Notes: generated by a model not told the origin, from the letters alone. Positions 25,432 to 38,564 are shown, numbered from the whole stretch's first letter. The stretch: DNA of 63,047 nucleotides, filler included, from Octopus bimaculoides (GCF_001194135.2; 11 parts of 10 records of this genome joined end to end with filler, not necessarily neighbours in it); one strand, 5' to 3'. Translations and numbers: made by a program.

Positions 25432-26654
25432 CAAGGGGTGTTCATTAAAGATTTCCCCTGACCCACTTCCCAAGGACTGAGATAAGCGAAACTTGGCTTA
25501 ATTATTAGTCCTTCTCTATATAGCCACCACCAGTGGCGATACACTTCTCCCATTGCCTTATTCAGATGTGAAGACCTTGTCTGTAGAAGTCAGTAGGTTG
25601 CATATCTGGAAATAAGTTCATCATCATCCGAAAAGTGCTTCCCCTTCAAAAAAGATTTTTGGTTGGAAAGAGGTGTAAGTTAGATGGTGCAAGGTTGGGA
25701 GAGTAAGGAGGATGAGGAAGGATTTCATAGCTGCAGGAGTGTGCTTTCATCTGGGCAACATGTGCATTGTGAACTGGGGCATGTCTTGGAGGAGGCAGAC
25801 TCCTTTGGTCAGCATGCCATGCCTCTCTGCTTTGATGGCATCCTGCAATTTTTGCAGCAGAGAAGCATAATATGCTCTGTTAATTGTGGTGCCCTTTGCC
25901 AGAAAATTCATCATCACTACTCCATGCTGGTCCCAAAAGACTGAGCACCACCTTACCTGCTGAGGGTTGGTGAGGTATCATGCTTGCATTGCTTCAACTG
26001 GACTTCAGTCTCAGGATCATAGTGATGGACCCATGTTTCATCCTGTGTGATAAATCTGCTGAAAAAGTCTTCCTCATTTTCTTGGCACATTGCCAAAAGA
26101 ACCTGGGAGCAATTGACTTGTTCCTGCTCCTGAAAAGGTGTGAGCATCCAGGTAATCCATCGTGCAGACAACTTCCACATGTGCAAATGGTTGTGAATGT
26201 TTTTTTTTCCACATACCCTACACTTATCTTCACTTCTTGGGCTAGTTGCCAAATAGTTTGGCAGCTTCCACTTTATGGATGGTGTCGTCATCAATGGCGG
26301 AATGTGGTCAGCCAGGAATAGGAGCAGTTTTCTCCAATGTCCAACCACATTTGAACTGGTGATACCAGTGCTTGACTATGTTGTATGATGGTGCATCATC
26401 ACCATAAACTTCTTTCATCTCATCAAAAGTCTCTTTTGGTGTACAACCTTTCAAGTATAAGAACCTGATCACTGATCTGCTTTCAGCTGCCTCCATTATA
26501 ACACCTTAGTCCATTTCAGCAGCCATAGAAGACAAATGAATACTAGTGGAAAGCTGAAATTTACAAGGTGACATGTAGAGACATGTTTGATGATACTTGT
26601 ACAAGTTCCGTTTCCGGAAGTGGGTCAAGGGAAATCTTTAAAGAACACCCCTCA
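25432..26654 (-). mobile_element. Full-length decayed mariner (Himar1/irritans-like), 1223 bp
   Basis: ~40-bp TIRs (CAAGGGGTGTTCATTAAAGATTTCCCCTGACCCACTTCC and its right-end counterpart) with flanking TA. Peptides SRSVIRFLYLKG...HWYHQFKCG, KLSARW, FITQDETWVHHYDPE. Confidence 0.95.
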
Positions 26655-26954
26655 TATATAGTTCTAGAAAATTAAACCATGGCAAATGAGTTTCAAAAGA
26701 ATCTTTCTCACAGAATCTCCCAGATCAAATGCTCATATTTTTTTTACATTTACATTCAGATAAAGCAGGCAATGTATATGCTATTTTAATCAAAAATATA
26801 GCTACTAAGGTTGTAAATATGAATTATAAAAAAAAAAGCTAGAAAAAATTATCTATAAAATACAAATGATAAGGGTTATAAATTAGACACTGAATTCACT
26901 TTAGCTGGTAGAACAGAGCCCTTTAAGCCTAAGATCCCTCATTTAAATGTTGAA

Positions 26955-27140
26955 GACCATAGAAGCACATTCTGTTGTGTCTGGGGAGAGTCATTTTCTT
27001 ATCGTGCCTTAAAATTTAACACAATCACCGTTAAAATTTCCACTTATTATTTTTATTTTCCTAAAATTTTCGTTGCGTCTTGCAACCTTTTCAATAGTCT
27101 TGACTCTCAAATCTTGCAAACCAAATCCAAAAACGAAACA
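26955..27140 (+). mobile_element. Short PLE-terminus-like repeat (family 2 relative) with an inverted 5' piece
   Basis: 26955-27100 matches the reverse complement of 62815-62985. 27109-27140 matches 63001-63030 directly, so it lies in the opposite orientation. Confidence 0.7.
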
Positions 27141-27367
27141 TATAAGCACAGTTTAGAGGAAAATCCATTACTCGTACTAGTGAGGGGATTCTAGATAATA
27201 TAGTACCAAAATGAAAAATTCTATAAAACTATTTCTTTTGGATAGCTCTGGTGAAGTGATATAGTGTTTTGTTAGGTTACTATACAAGCAAAAAATTCCA
27301 TTCTTGTAGTTTGATATAAGTAGCTATTATTCATCCATATTGCCTTTACTTTTGAATAAGGTACTTA

Positions 27368-28940
27368 TGAGGGGGTACCCCAAAGAAACTGGAATTTTGC
27401 AATGTTATTTTATTCACTTACTTTTACATGTTTACACTTTTATTGCTTTCAAAGTACTCTCCATTTGAAGCAATCCATCAATCCAGACATGTTTTCCACT
27501 GTTTGAAGCAGTTCTGGAACTCTTGTAAAGTGATGCCTTTTAATGCCGCCATCATTTTTTCTTCACCTCTTCCACATCTGCAAAACGTTTTCCATTAAGG
27601 ACTTTTTTCATTCAGGGGAACAAAAAAAAAAGTCGCACGGAGCAAGATCAGGTGAACAAGGAGAGTGGGTAAGCAGAGTCATGCCATTTTTTGTCAAAAA
27701 CTGTCTCACACTCAAGATAGTGTGTGCAGGTGCATTGTCATGATGAAACCACCACTTTCCACAGGTCAGGGTGTTTTCAGCTTAACACATTTCACAAATA
27801 CTTCAGAACTTCCAAGTAAAATGTCTGGTTAACAGTTTGACCAGGAGGAACAAATTTTGTGTGGACAATTCCTTTCACATTGATGAAACAAATCATCATC
27901 ATCTTGACATTAGACTTCATTTGACATGCTTTTTTGGGGGTGTGATGACATTGAATGTTTCCATTGACTTAATTGCTGCTTCATTTCTGGGTCATAGCCA
28001 TAGCACCAGCTTTCATCACCAGTGATCACCTTCGAAAAACGGTCCAGATCAACTTCCAACTGTTCTTTCAGTACACAACACACATTCAATTATGACAGCT
28101 CTTGATCTTCCATGAACAAGTGAGGCACAAATTTTGCTGCAACTCTTTTTCATTTGCAACTCCTCACTCAAAACTCATTGGCAGGAGCTCCAGGACACAC
28201 CAGTCACACAAGTTCATCAAATGTTTGGCAATGATCCTCCAAGATCATTTCATGAATTTTCGTGATGTTTGCATTCATTCAGGAGGTTGATGGTCACCCT
28301 GAACAAGGTTGGTCTTCAAGTTCATAGGGGCCATTCCTAAAGCAAGAAAACCATTTGTAAACTTGTGTTTTGCTCAAGGCAACATCCTTGTAAGCTATCT
28401 GAAGCATGACAACTGTTTTGGCCGCTGTTTTCCCCAGCAGAAAACAGAATTTCACAAAAGTAGTAAAGGTGGCGAGCTGGCAGAAACGTTAGCACGCCTG
28501 GCGAAATGCTTTGCGGTATTTTGTCTGCCGCTACATTCTGAGTTCAAATTCTGCCAAGGTCGACTTTGCCTTTCATCCTTTCGGGGTCGATAAATTAAGT
28601 ACCAGTTACTCACTGGGATTGATACAATTGACTTAATCTCTTTGTCTGTCCATGTTTGTCCCCTCTATGTTTAGCGCCTTGTGGGCAATAAAGAAATAAG
28701 AAAACAGAATTTCACAAAAGCAGACTGTTCTTTCGTTTCAGCCATTGCAAAAATCAACAAAAAAGGAAGAAGCACTGTAAAACAATAACACACAACATGG
28801 CAAAATGACCTCACTTGCCACTGCCAGTTAGCGGATTGATCCCTGAGGGTTTCATAAAGTGGCTTCTAGCAGTGGAAGTCTGAACTACAACTGGCTTTCC
28901 CCACAGAGAATGTTTCCAGTTGCTTTTGGATACCTCCTCG
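27368..28940 (-). mobile_element. Full-length decayed mariner (second family) containing a SINE
   Basis: TIRs TGAGGGGGTACCCCAAAGAAACTGGAA and TTCCAGTTGCTTTTGGATACCTCCTCG, TA on both sides. N-terminus EQSAFVKFCFLLGKTAAKTVVMLQIAYKDVALSKTQVYKWF. About 1.31 kb without the SINE. Confidence 0.95.
28461..28698 (+). mobile_element. tRNA-derived SINE, family A, with 22-bp TSD
   Basis: AGAAAACAGAATTTCACAAAAG at 28439-28460 and 28699-28720. Confidence 0.95.
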
Positions 28941-30794
28941 TATTTTTACTAGCTTAACAGATAAAGATATGGTCATAATTTTAGCATCTAGAAACACATT
29001 GATCTTATTCCAAGACTATTATTGTACTAGAAAATCCAGAACTAATAATTTTGATACTGAATCCTACAATTCAGCTTAGATAGCTGATTTAGTAAGCCTA
29101 TTCCTCGAACATAAATTTTTTAAAATTTCAGACACTTAGGCAGAGGATTGTACTGTGATGTGTCTCTTTTCACAACTATTAATTTCTCTACCTCTGACTT
29201 AGAACAACTTTAAAAAATCCCTTCATTAATTCTTTAGGGATTATAATCTTTTGATAAGAATATAAAAATTGTTGATTTCCTTGATGGCCTTCTGGCCTTT
29301 TTTATCCTTTTCTAATGAACCTCTATAGTACACAAGTAAGAAATTTAATCATCTTAAATCAATAATAGTTTCATTAGAAATAATAGCTCAATAAGAACTT
29401 TTAATCTCTCAGCTAACGAAAAGAATTTTAATGACAATGCATCCTATTATAATGAAGTGTAGGTGAGATGTGGTTATCATGAGAAAGTAACACGTATCTC
29501 TGGCATTAAACTAAGGCTCCAGCTTAATCAAACTCTCCCTACCAATACAGTTTCTTAGGTAAAACTTAGAAATACCAAGAAAACTACAGGTAATCTCTAT
29601 AATTCAAAATTTCCAACTATAAAGAGCTACACATTTAATAGAAGTTTCATTAACATACCTAAACAAGTGAGTGAACAACCATTAGCAAAATTTGGTAGAT
29701 GGGGAATATGAATAAGTTAAGAAAAATTTACATTCTAGTGGAATCAAAAGAAAGAAATATTTTCTTAGATATAAAATACATCAAACTATTCTATAACAAT
29801 TAGTTAATTAATAATTCATGAAGAAATATGTTATCCCTTATAACTGGTATGGCATCATTGTAACAAGGGCAGATGGTCTGCTCTACTGGTTGGTAATTAC
29901 TACTGGTTGGCCTTAAAGTAGTTTAGAGAATACTAACATAATTAGTACAACATAGAGTTAAAGGATTTGTGTCAGGATATGAGATCATCAGTGCTGTACT
30001 TCTAGTGAAACAATTCAGTAATAGAAGTTTTTAGTGAAGAATAAGCTGCTTGATCAGTTGAAATGAAGAAGGCAGCTTCTCATATGCATTATTTCTGAGA
30101 ATACTAGGTACTGATAAATGGCCCGCGTGAGCTTTTCAAGATGTGTATTAGGTCTTTATCAGCAAGGTTAAAATTGTTAGAAAGTTGAGTAAAGGTAGCT
30201 ACTCCCCATCTCCAAACTGCTCATTATAATTCTTAAGGCAATAATGTCTCAGTTCATGACTTGATGTCCTTGAGAATATTTATATGCTGATATTTCTTAT
30301 TGTAAATCTAGCCAAGAGCTGCAGAAAAAAGTTTCAAAACAGTTTAAGATTTCAATATGCTGCTAATTAGTAACAGATGGCACAAAATAAACGGATACTC
30401 AAAAGAAGTCGGATTTCTAGCAAGATTACCAAAGAACCCAAACTTTACATGTACTAGATGCATAGGAGTATTTAACCATAAGTCTATCTGTAAAATGGAG
30501 TCCACAAACTATTCTGAACTATGAATACCACTAATTCTTTCCAAAGGTTAGCTGTCAAAACATATACAACATAATCTGACTACCATCTTGCATATTTGTC
30601 TGTCTAAATATTCATCATGCTCCCAGACTAGGTTTTTAGTTAACTGTGTACATACTAAAGAGGAGTTGACTAGAAGCATTAAACAAATGCACAATTGGTA
30701 CTTGATTTTCCATGCCCTTGCTAAATGTACTTAAATTTTGTAAAATTTGTATTTTGACGAAATTCCACATTAAATTTTTTTAATTTTTTTACAG

Positions 30795-30856
30795 AGGTGG
30801 AAATGTGTATATGTCACCAAATACTGTCGTATTAACAAAAATTACAGAGAATATTG
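30795..30856 (+). CDS. Penultimate coding exon of an unidentified host gene (xGGNVYMSPNTVVLTKITENI)
   Basis: Acceptor TTTTTTTACAG, donor GTAAGT, 62 bp. Splices in frame to 34080. Non-repetitive context. Confidence 0.6.
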
Positions 30857-32324
30857 GTAAGTGTTTGTAAAATAAAAGAAAACATTAAATTTCTAGGTTT
30901 AAGGACTGGCTTTTAGCTATCATGCGTCTGTTTATCAGTTTTCTAACTAAACCATAAGTTATAGGATTTAAAGTATGTTGGTCATCATTTTAATGATGCT
31001 ATGATTGTGAAATTTGGTTCTTACACTGAGCAGGCTGAGTTGGTTTATAGAATATGTTTGATTAGTTATTACCAAACTTCTGTATGGTGCTAATGACTAT
31101 AAGGTGCAGGTGAACTTGAAGGAAGCACTTGTGTTCTCAAGGTATACAGCAATAACAAAGTAATTCTCTCTCTTTATTGCATGGTCTGACATGATTTAAA
31201 AAGTCCTGATTGTTATTTACCTGTGTCTTGGGTAGACAATATTAACTAGGTATGCAAAAAGAAGATACTAAACTATGATGCTCCTAGAAAATTGTGTAAG
31301 GTACAAGAATGGTAATGTGCTTTGATTTCAGTAAGGGGAATTACTGTGAAATTGAAACTAGTTCTGCTATGTGCTTCTTAGCTGATATTGAATTTGGGAA
31401 GAACAGTAGGGCTGTGATTCATGAACTAAAGAAGGAAGTAGAAAATGCTTCATTATAGATATGGCAGGTTATATGTAGGAAAAAAAAATCAAAGCTGTTA
31501 GCAAAGAACAAATCTTCAGCAAACAGTAAAACAAAATAGTTGTTGCATGATTGGAGTTGTTATAGTCGCACCTAGTTTTGTGTGGTAGCTTCATGGATAA
31601 TGGAGGGGAAAAGCATGCTACAGTTTAGACCAAATGAACTTGGATATTCTCTGATAGCATCAGTCCTGTTCAGCACTGTTAGATTGAGCAACACTGTTGG
31701 AAGGTACTGAAATCATTGTGGTTGACAACTGAGGAAAGAAGTGATCCACAGTACAAGTTGTAGGTAAAATATTGTTTTGATAAATTTAATTTCCTATCAC
31801 CTCACTTACTGCTTCCATATGAATATTGGTGTTATCTAGGCATAATTTCTTTCTAGCTTATTTCCTCTGTATTAATGGCTCTCCATTTTTTTGTAGCTGT
31901 AGTTTCACAAATGCTACAAATATATGCTTTTTTGAATAATTTATCAAATTCACCCTACTTTCTAATCTATCCTCCTTCCTGACTCACTTCTATCTTTCTC
32001 ACCTTGCCCCTCCCCACACACTATATTTACCATCAACTGCATGTCTACTCTTGTTCATCACTCACTGCATTCACCTCTACTCCCATCTCCAACCACCCAT
32101 TACTCTTCTCCTTCCCTCCTTGATCCACAATCCATATTCTCTTTTATACTCCTTGCTTGTACTTTGAGAGTTGACTCTGGCACCTTTTCACTACCATCTT
32201 TATCTTCTTTCCAGCTATTCCCATCTGTCAATATATAATGCAGGGTAGCCATTTTTTCTTTTTCTTTTTAATCTTGTCTTGCAATTTACTTGGTAACCTC
32301 AATAGTGCTTTTTTCATACCACCG

Positions 32325-32495
32325 TTAGGACAGAATGAAAAGGGTTGGCATTAGGAAGGCCATCCAGCTATAGAAACCATACCAAAGCTAACATTGAAAC
32401 TTGATGCAGTCCTGTAGCTCACCAGATCCTGTCTAACCATCCAACACATACCAATATTGAAAATGGATGTTAAACGAGGATGGTGATGACAACGA
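32325..32495 (+). mobile_element. Short SINE / RTE-tail fragment
   Basis: GGTTGGCATTAGGAAGGCCATCCAGC ... TAAACGAGGATGGTGATGAC is the sense form of the RTE 3' tail seen elsewhere in the window. Confidence 0.6.
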
Positions 32496-33622
32496 CATCT
32501 AGCATACATATAAATATATGTATTTCTTTCACATGAAGATGCCTTTTTTATATGCTTCCTATTTTCTTTCACCAGTAGAAGGTCATTATTTTTATCTTTT
32601 TATTCTTACAGTAGCTTAATATTTGAAGGGATAAGTTTTTTTATAATGGTGGAACATGAAATGGTAATGTTTGCTAGGTTTGTAATATCTACCTTGTAGT
32701 ACTCTAACCTTACTTGCAGCATGATACATGTATTATACATGATCTATACCTAATTCTTGCATTTTACATTGCCTGTAATCACTTGCTGGTCGTCTTAGCT
32801 TCCTTATACTTAACTCTTTCTATCACAAAGAAGTTTGGAATTGGACATGCTTGGAAGCTTCTACAGCTAATAACTTACTTTTCAAGAGCTGCCACATATG
32901 TTTGAAAATGAAAAAGCAGGTTCAAAGATCTCAGAGTGAATATAATCAAACTAATTCAGCAAGAGGAATCATCAAAGCTCTACATTAAGAGAAAACTCAT
33001 TTTTATTATGCAAGGGGATATTAAGTATTCTAATAGTGTGCTCATAATGTACTATAGTAGCCAGCAGTACAAGAGCTATGAACTGAAAGTTATGAATTTC
33101 TCAGACAGGAGATGAGGCTAAAGATAGTATATTGACAAGATTTTGAAATAGATTGGTCAAAAATTTTCCATATTTATTCCAAATTTAAGGGTGTTCTTCT
33201 CTCTCTCTCCCTACCTTAAATTTGATGATTCATGATTGTGAAATTTGAACAAAGAATGTCAAAAGCAATTTGATTGGTAGGTTAAATACAGATAAACGCA
33301 TCAGCTAGTTATGCAGTAAAGATGAATTCGTGAGTATGAATATGAAATGCTAATTGCTAATGCAAGCTAGTGAAAAGAGATATGAAGATATAGTAGAAAA
33401 GAAAACTTGAAATGAAGTAGTTACTTAATACTCAGAAGATTAGACCCTATAAATGAGGATTCAAGAATAAATTTTATTGGTGGTATTCTATACATATTTT
33501 TTGTCAACATAGTCAATGAATGTTAAAACATTGATTATAAATGTAGTAAACTTATTTTTTTTCTTCTCTGTCCAGAGTTCTCACAGTGCTGTTAAAGATC
33601 AACTTCACTCACCAGTGCATAA

Positions 33623-33870
33623 GGATAAGGATAAACCATCCTTCTTGAGCCCAATGGGCTTATAATGGCCAGTTTCCTGGTTTCTGTGACATATATACCT
33701 TTGTCCCCTGGATGGGACACCAGTCCATTGCTGGATTACTCAGTTTTTCCAGTAGGCTGAAGGAATGTGATGTGAAGTGTTTTACTCAAGAACAGAACAC
33801 ATTGCTTGTTAAAACCACAGTCTTATGATCATGCAGCCAACATCCTAACCATGTAGTCACATGCCTCCAC
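33623..33870 (-). mobile_element. tRNA-derived SINE (third family)
   Basis: - strand head GTGGAGGCATGTGACTACATGGTTAGGATGTTGG. Body CCCCTGGATGGGACACCAGTCCAT on +. Confidence 0.6.
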
Positions 33871-34079
33871 CTTGCCAGTACATACTAAATTTAATTGATT
33901 TAAATTCCAGGGCTGTCTCCTTTGCATTTCTTAACCAGAAAATACTAAGTGTAATTTTAATTAATTAGCAACCTCTTAACTATTTTCAATTATAGTTGCA
34001 TGAAATTGTTTTGTAAATTCAATGTTTTAAAGCTTCATTTATGACTTTATTTATAACTATTTTTTTTTATCTATTTCAG

Positions 34080-34162
34080 CTCAACAGATTGAAGTTCCAA
34101 CTGTACCAGTGGCTAGTATCAACCTTGATACTAAGACAGTTGTTGTTAATGCTAAATTATAG
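34080..34162 (+). CDS. Terminal coding exon of the unidentified host gene (AQQIEVPTVPVASINLDTKTVVVNAKL*)
   Basis: Strong acceptor (T10)ATCTATTTCAG. Phase 1 matches the upstream exon. TAG at 34160-34162, followed by an AT-rich UTR. Confidence 0.6.
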
Positions 34163-34464
34163 AGCCTGTTACTGTTTTGTTTTCTTCTCAGTGGTAATAG
34201 AAACACTGACAACTATATGATATCAAAAAGATTTCTTTTTATATTTCAAATAATTTTCCCTTTTTATGGCTTCCTTTGTTATATACATGGATTACTTCTA
34301 GATGATGGATATTTAAATAATATTTAAAACAGTTTCTCATTGTATTTGTTATTTTTTGCATATTTCAACATTTATATAAAACAAATCTTTTTAATATATA
34401 TTTTCTTTTCTGTTAAAATAACTTCAAGAAAGTATTTTACATGTCAAAATAGTTTTATAGAATG

Positions 34465-34470
34465 AATAAA
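34465..34470 (+). promoter_or_regulatory. Candidate polyadenylation signal (alternative AATAAA at 34637-34642)
   Basis: AATAAA about 300 nt after the stop codon. AT-rich context makes it weak evidence. Confidence 0.3.
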
Positions 34471-34943
34471 TATATTCATTATCTTATAAATTTATTGAAT
34501 ATTAGAGTAGGTTCTAAAGTAAATACTCCATCATAAATACTGAAAACTCATGGTCAGCAAAAATTGAGTGTCCTTGACCCAGTTTTCTAAGCTATGAATA
34601 TGAACCATATAAATGAAGTGGCAGTCCTGTATAATTAATAAATGTTTCATTATCTTATTGGGCTTTAAGTTACTTAGCACATTTTGGAGATTGTCCCTCT
34701 TCAGAAAAGGGTTTTAGTACTGATGTTATGAAAAGAAAAAATAAACAAATAAGGGCAATGAAGAAGAAAATGCTCAAATGAAGCTTGTTCTATATGGTAG
34801 CTGGTGTGTGTGTTTGTGTGTACAAAGTGCAACACAGCAGAATATTAATGACTCAGAACATACATTTTCAAGGCAATTCCATAATGATTACATAAAACTG
34901 ATTTTGGCTTGTGCAAGAGAAATATATAAATTAATTTTATGTA

Positions 34944-35092
34944 GGCGCAGGAGTGGCTGTGAGGTAAGTAGCTTGCTTACCAACCACATGGTTCCGGGTT
35001 CACCTTGGGCAAGTGTCTTCCACTATAGCTTCAGGCCGACCAAAGCCTTGTGAGTAGATTTAGTAGACAGAAACTGAAAGAAGCCTGTCGTA

Positions 35093-35157
<65 letters not shown>

Positions 35158-35445
35158 TTGTTTCTGTGTTTGTCCCCCCCCCCCNNNNNNNNNNNNNNNN
35201 NNNNNNNNNNNNNNNNNNNNNNNNNNNNNNNNNNNNNNNNNNNNNNNNNNNNNNNNNNNNNNNNNNNNNNNNNGGTTGACAACCAATGGTCATGTGTTTA
35301 TGTCCCCGTAACTTAGCGGTTCGGCAAAAGAGACCAATAGAATAAGTACTGGGCTTCCAAAGAATAAGTCCTGGGGTCAATTTGCTCGACTAAAGGCGGT
35401 GCTCCAGCATGGCCACAGTCAAATGACTGAAACAAGTAAGAGTAA
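34944..35445 (+). mobile_element. tRNA-derived SINE, family B (GGCGCAGGAGTGGCTGTG head, internal microsatellite, CR1-like tail)
   Basis: Homologous to 39768, 42328, 45931 and 54697. Ends CAGTCAAATGACTGAAACAAGTAAGAGTAA. Confidence 0.9.
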
Positions 35446-35744
35446 TAATGTAATTGTCACAGAAGAACATGTAAAGGTGTCATGAGGAAATTATTCCACA
35501 CTATATTCTCTTCTGATATTTATCTGTACTCTTTGATCTTTCTTCCCAACAAACCTGTTACATGGAATTATCTGTGTAATGATTCAAATTACTTTCCAAT
35601 TATCTGTTTTAGAGGGTAATGGAATATATGGAGATCTAACTCAAGGTTATATGATATGCACTTTATATGATATGCACATTATATGATACGCACATTATTA
35701 TAAGCATAATGTGTGTCTCTCCCTTTCTCATTTATATCCATATC

Positions 35745-36935
35745 ATCATCATCATCATCATCATCGTTTAACATTTGCTTTCCATGCTAGCATGGGTTGG
35801 ACGATTTGACTGAGGACTGGTGAAACCGGATGGCAACACCAGGCTCCAATCTAATTTGGCAGAGTTTCTACAGCTGGATGCCCTTCCTAATGCCAACCAC
35901 TCAGAGAGTGTAGTGGGTGCTTTTACGTGTCATATATATATNNNNNNNNNNNNNNNNNNNNNNNNNNNNNNNNNNNNNNNNNNNNNNNNNNNNNNNNNNN
36001 NNNNNNNNNNNNNNNNNNNNNNNNNNNNNNNNNNNNNNNNNNNNNNNNNNNNNNNNNNNNNNNNNNNNNNNNNNNNNNNNNNNNNNNNNNNNNNNNNNNN
36101 NNNNNNNNNNNNNNNNNNNNNNNNNNNNNNNNNNNNNNNNNNNNNNNNNNNNNNNNNNNNNNNNNNNNNNNNNNNNNNNNNNNNNNNNNNNNNNNNNNNN
36201 NNNNNNNNNNNNNNNNNNNNNNNNNNNNNNNNNNNNNNNNNNNNNNNNNNNNNNNNNNNNNNNNNNNNNNNNNNNNNNNNNNNNNNNNNNNNNNNNNNNN
36301 NNNNNNNNNNNNNNNNNNNNNNNNNNNNNNNNNNNNNNNNNNNNNNNNNNNNNNNNNNNNNNNNNNNNNNNNNNNNNNNNNNNNNNNNNNNNNNNNNNNN
36401 NNNNNNNNNNNNNNNNNNNNNNNNNNNNNNNNNNNNNNNNNNNNNNNNNNNNNNNNNNNNNNNNNNNNNNNNNNNNNNNNNNNNNNNNNNNNNNNNNNNN
36501 NNNNNNNNNNNNNNNNNNNNNNNNNNNNNNNNNNNNNNNNNNNNNNNNNNNNNNNNNNNNNNNNNNNNNNNNNNNNNNNNNNNNNNNNNNNNNNNNNNNN
36601 NNNNNNNNNNNNNNNNNTTTATGTACCACCCGCACAAGGGGCACTGGCAACGATCTCGCTCGAAAGTCATTACACATACCGCGGGCACAAGTGCCAGAAA
36701 GGTGACACTGGGCACAGGTGTCATGACGATTTCGCTTTCGCTTGCCCCAACAGGTCTTCGCAAGCTGAGTTTCCTGTCCAATGAAGGAGACGACGTTGGC
36801 ATAGGTGCCAGTCGTCGAATTTAGTACGATTTCGATTTCACTTGCCTCAACAGGTCTTCGCAAGCGGAGTTTAGTGTCCAACGAAGGGAAGGTACGCATA
36901 AGTGGGCTGGCTACACTCCTGGCAGAGGCCTTGGA
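35745..36935 (-). mobile_element. RTE 3' tail / 3' UTR repeats spanning an assembly gap
   Basis: (CAT)n plus GGATGCCCTTCCTAATGCCAACC at 35745-35930. Tandem 3' UTR units at 36618-36935 similar to 15690-15983. Confidence 0.8.
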
Positions 36936-37089
36936 TTTAGGTCTCATGTATGTATGTATGTATATGTACATATGTATGTATATCTGTATATGCATGTATG
37001 TATACCTATATATGTATGTATGTATATGTACACACACACACACACACGTGTATATATATGTGTGTGCGTGTAAATAATATATATATATA

Positions 37090-37400
37090 TATATGCATAT
37101 GTGGGCACAGGAGATCACAAAATGTAAACAACAAAAAGTATGAAGTACGAGGACTTGGAATATGAACTTTTTGTTTTGCGAACAACGAAAGAAACAAATC
37201 GGAAACAAGACAAAGAATGAACCTTCATCAGCTGTTTTTCTAATCCGTATTTCAAGCAATTCACAACAAGATATGCCTTCGATAAAACAGTTGTTCCCGC
37301 AAAGCAAATTAAATAAAATTTGGGATTTTGCGGAGGGTCAAAATTGGTAATAAAAACAAGACAGTGAAAACAAATAGGAAGGGCTGCTAAGCCTAAATGA
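37090..37400 (-). repeat. Unclassified dispersed repeat; its end is repeated directly at ~37980-38050
   Basis: GCATATGTGGGCACA(G/A)GA..TCACAAAA....AACAAAAAGTA.GAAGTA.GAGGA occurs twice. Confidence 0.6.
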
Positions 37401-38131
37401 GGTTGTGGTGGTGAACTTGAAAAAACAAGCTTGGACAGGAGACAGAAAAGAATACGTCTTCCTTGTCCAACAGCAACAGGAAGAAAGAATGAAACACAAG
37501 TTAGGGTAAGAAAGAAAAATGGCTGATGGTCATGTGGGAGCCACATGAGCAAAGGAGGAAGAGTGAGGGAGAGAGAGTGACAGACAGAGAACTGTGAAGG
37601 GGAGAGAAAAAGATTTGTAGATAAGATAAGAAATTAAAAGAGGGAGAAGGGGAGATAAAAGAGTAAGAGAAAAGAAAGAGTAAAAGGATAGAATAGTGGG
37701 AGAAGAGGGGGTAAAAGAATAAGAGAAAGGAAGAGAGAAAAGAAAGAGTAAAAAGATAGAATAGTGGGAGAAGAGGGAGTAAAAGAGTAAGAGAAAATAA
37801 CGAAATAGTAATAGGTAGAATAGAGAGTTGCATCAGAATTATTAAGATAAAATTTACTTGGAAAAGGATTTGTGGCATTCACTCATATAATAATATAAAT
37901 AATATATATATGCATATATACATATGTATATGTACATATTTACATGTATACGTATATGTTTACATATTTACATGTATACATATGCATATGTGGGCACAAG
38001 ATGTCACAAAACGTCAGCAACAAAAAGTACGAAGTATGAGGAATGGAATGTATGTATGTATGTATGTATATATATGTATGTGCATATATGTATATATGTC
38101 TATAAATATATATATGTATATGTATGCATAT

Positions 38132-38564
38132 ATATTGTTGCATTTCAGGATAATCATTTTTTTTTTTTTGCCAAAAACACATGCACTATATATATTTTTT
38201 CTTCACTCGTTTATTACTGTTCTTATTTTATTATTTTAACTCATGTCCACTGTCCGGAAATCTTTTATCACACGTCTTTGACCTCTTCAGCGACACTTCG
38301 TTTTTGTGTGTGTTCTTGCTCCACTCATTCCATTCTGTTCTTCAGAAGAACAGAACAGAATGGAGTGAGTGGAGCAAGAACACACATGGAAACATAGTGT
38401 TGCTGAAGAGGTCAAAGATGTGTGATGAAAAATTTCTGGACAGTGGACATGAGTTAAAATAATAAAATAAGAACAGTAATAAACGAGTGAAGAAAAAATA
38501 TATATAGTGCATGTGTTTATTTGGCAAAGAAAAAGAAAATGACCATCCCGAAATACAGCAATAT
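38132..38564. repeat. 433-bp near-perfect palindrome (fold-back)
   Basis: Arms of ~210 bp centred at ~38344 (CATTCTGTTCTTC-A-GAAGAACAG...). Ends ATATTGTTGCATTTCAGGA and TCCCGAAATACAGCAATAT. Confidence 0.95.

Larger units (their letters stand above)
26670..29800 (+). mobile_element. Neptune-type PLE RT remnant, split by later insertions (pieces ~26670-26955, 27150-27367, 28941-29800)
   Basis: ANEFQKNL...SDKAGNVY; EGILDNI; FDISSYYSSI; across the mariner TA the frame reads KVLIFTS; IILASRNTL; IADLVSLF; GLYCD (GLYRDD); IKIVDFLD; LSANEKNFNDNASYYNE. Confidence 0.8.

Noticed and set aside
30795-30856. Similarity of GGNVYMSP to the RB1 C-terminal GGNIYISP
   Set aside because: The downstream sequence does not resemble RB-family C-termini. 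An 8-residue match is insufficient, so no gene symbol is assigned.
37200-37270. CTGATGAAGG with an upstream GAAA on the - strand
   Set aside because: Could not be folded into a type I, II or III hammerhead: no stem I hairpin and no downstream GAAA.
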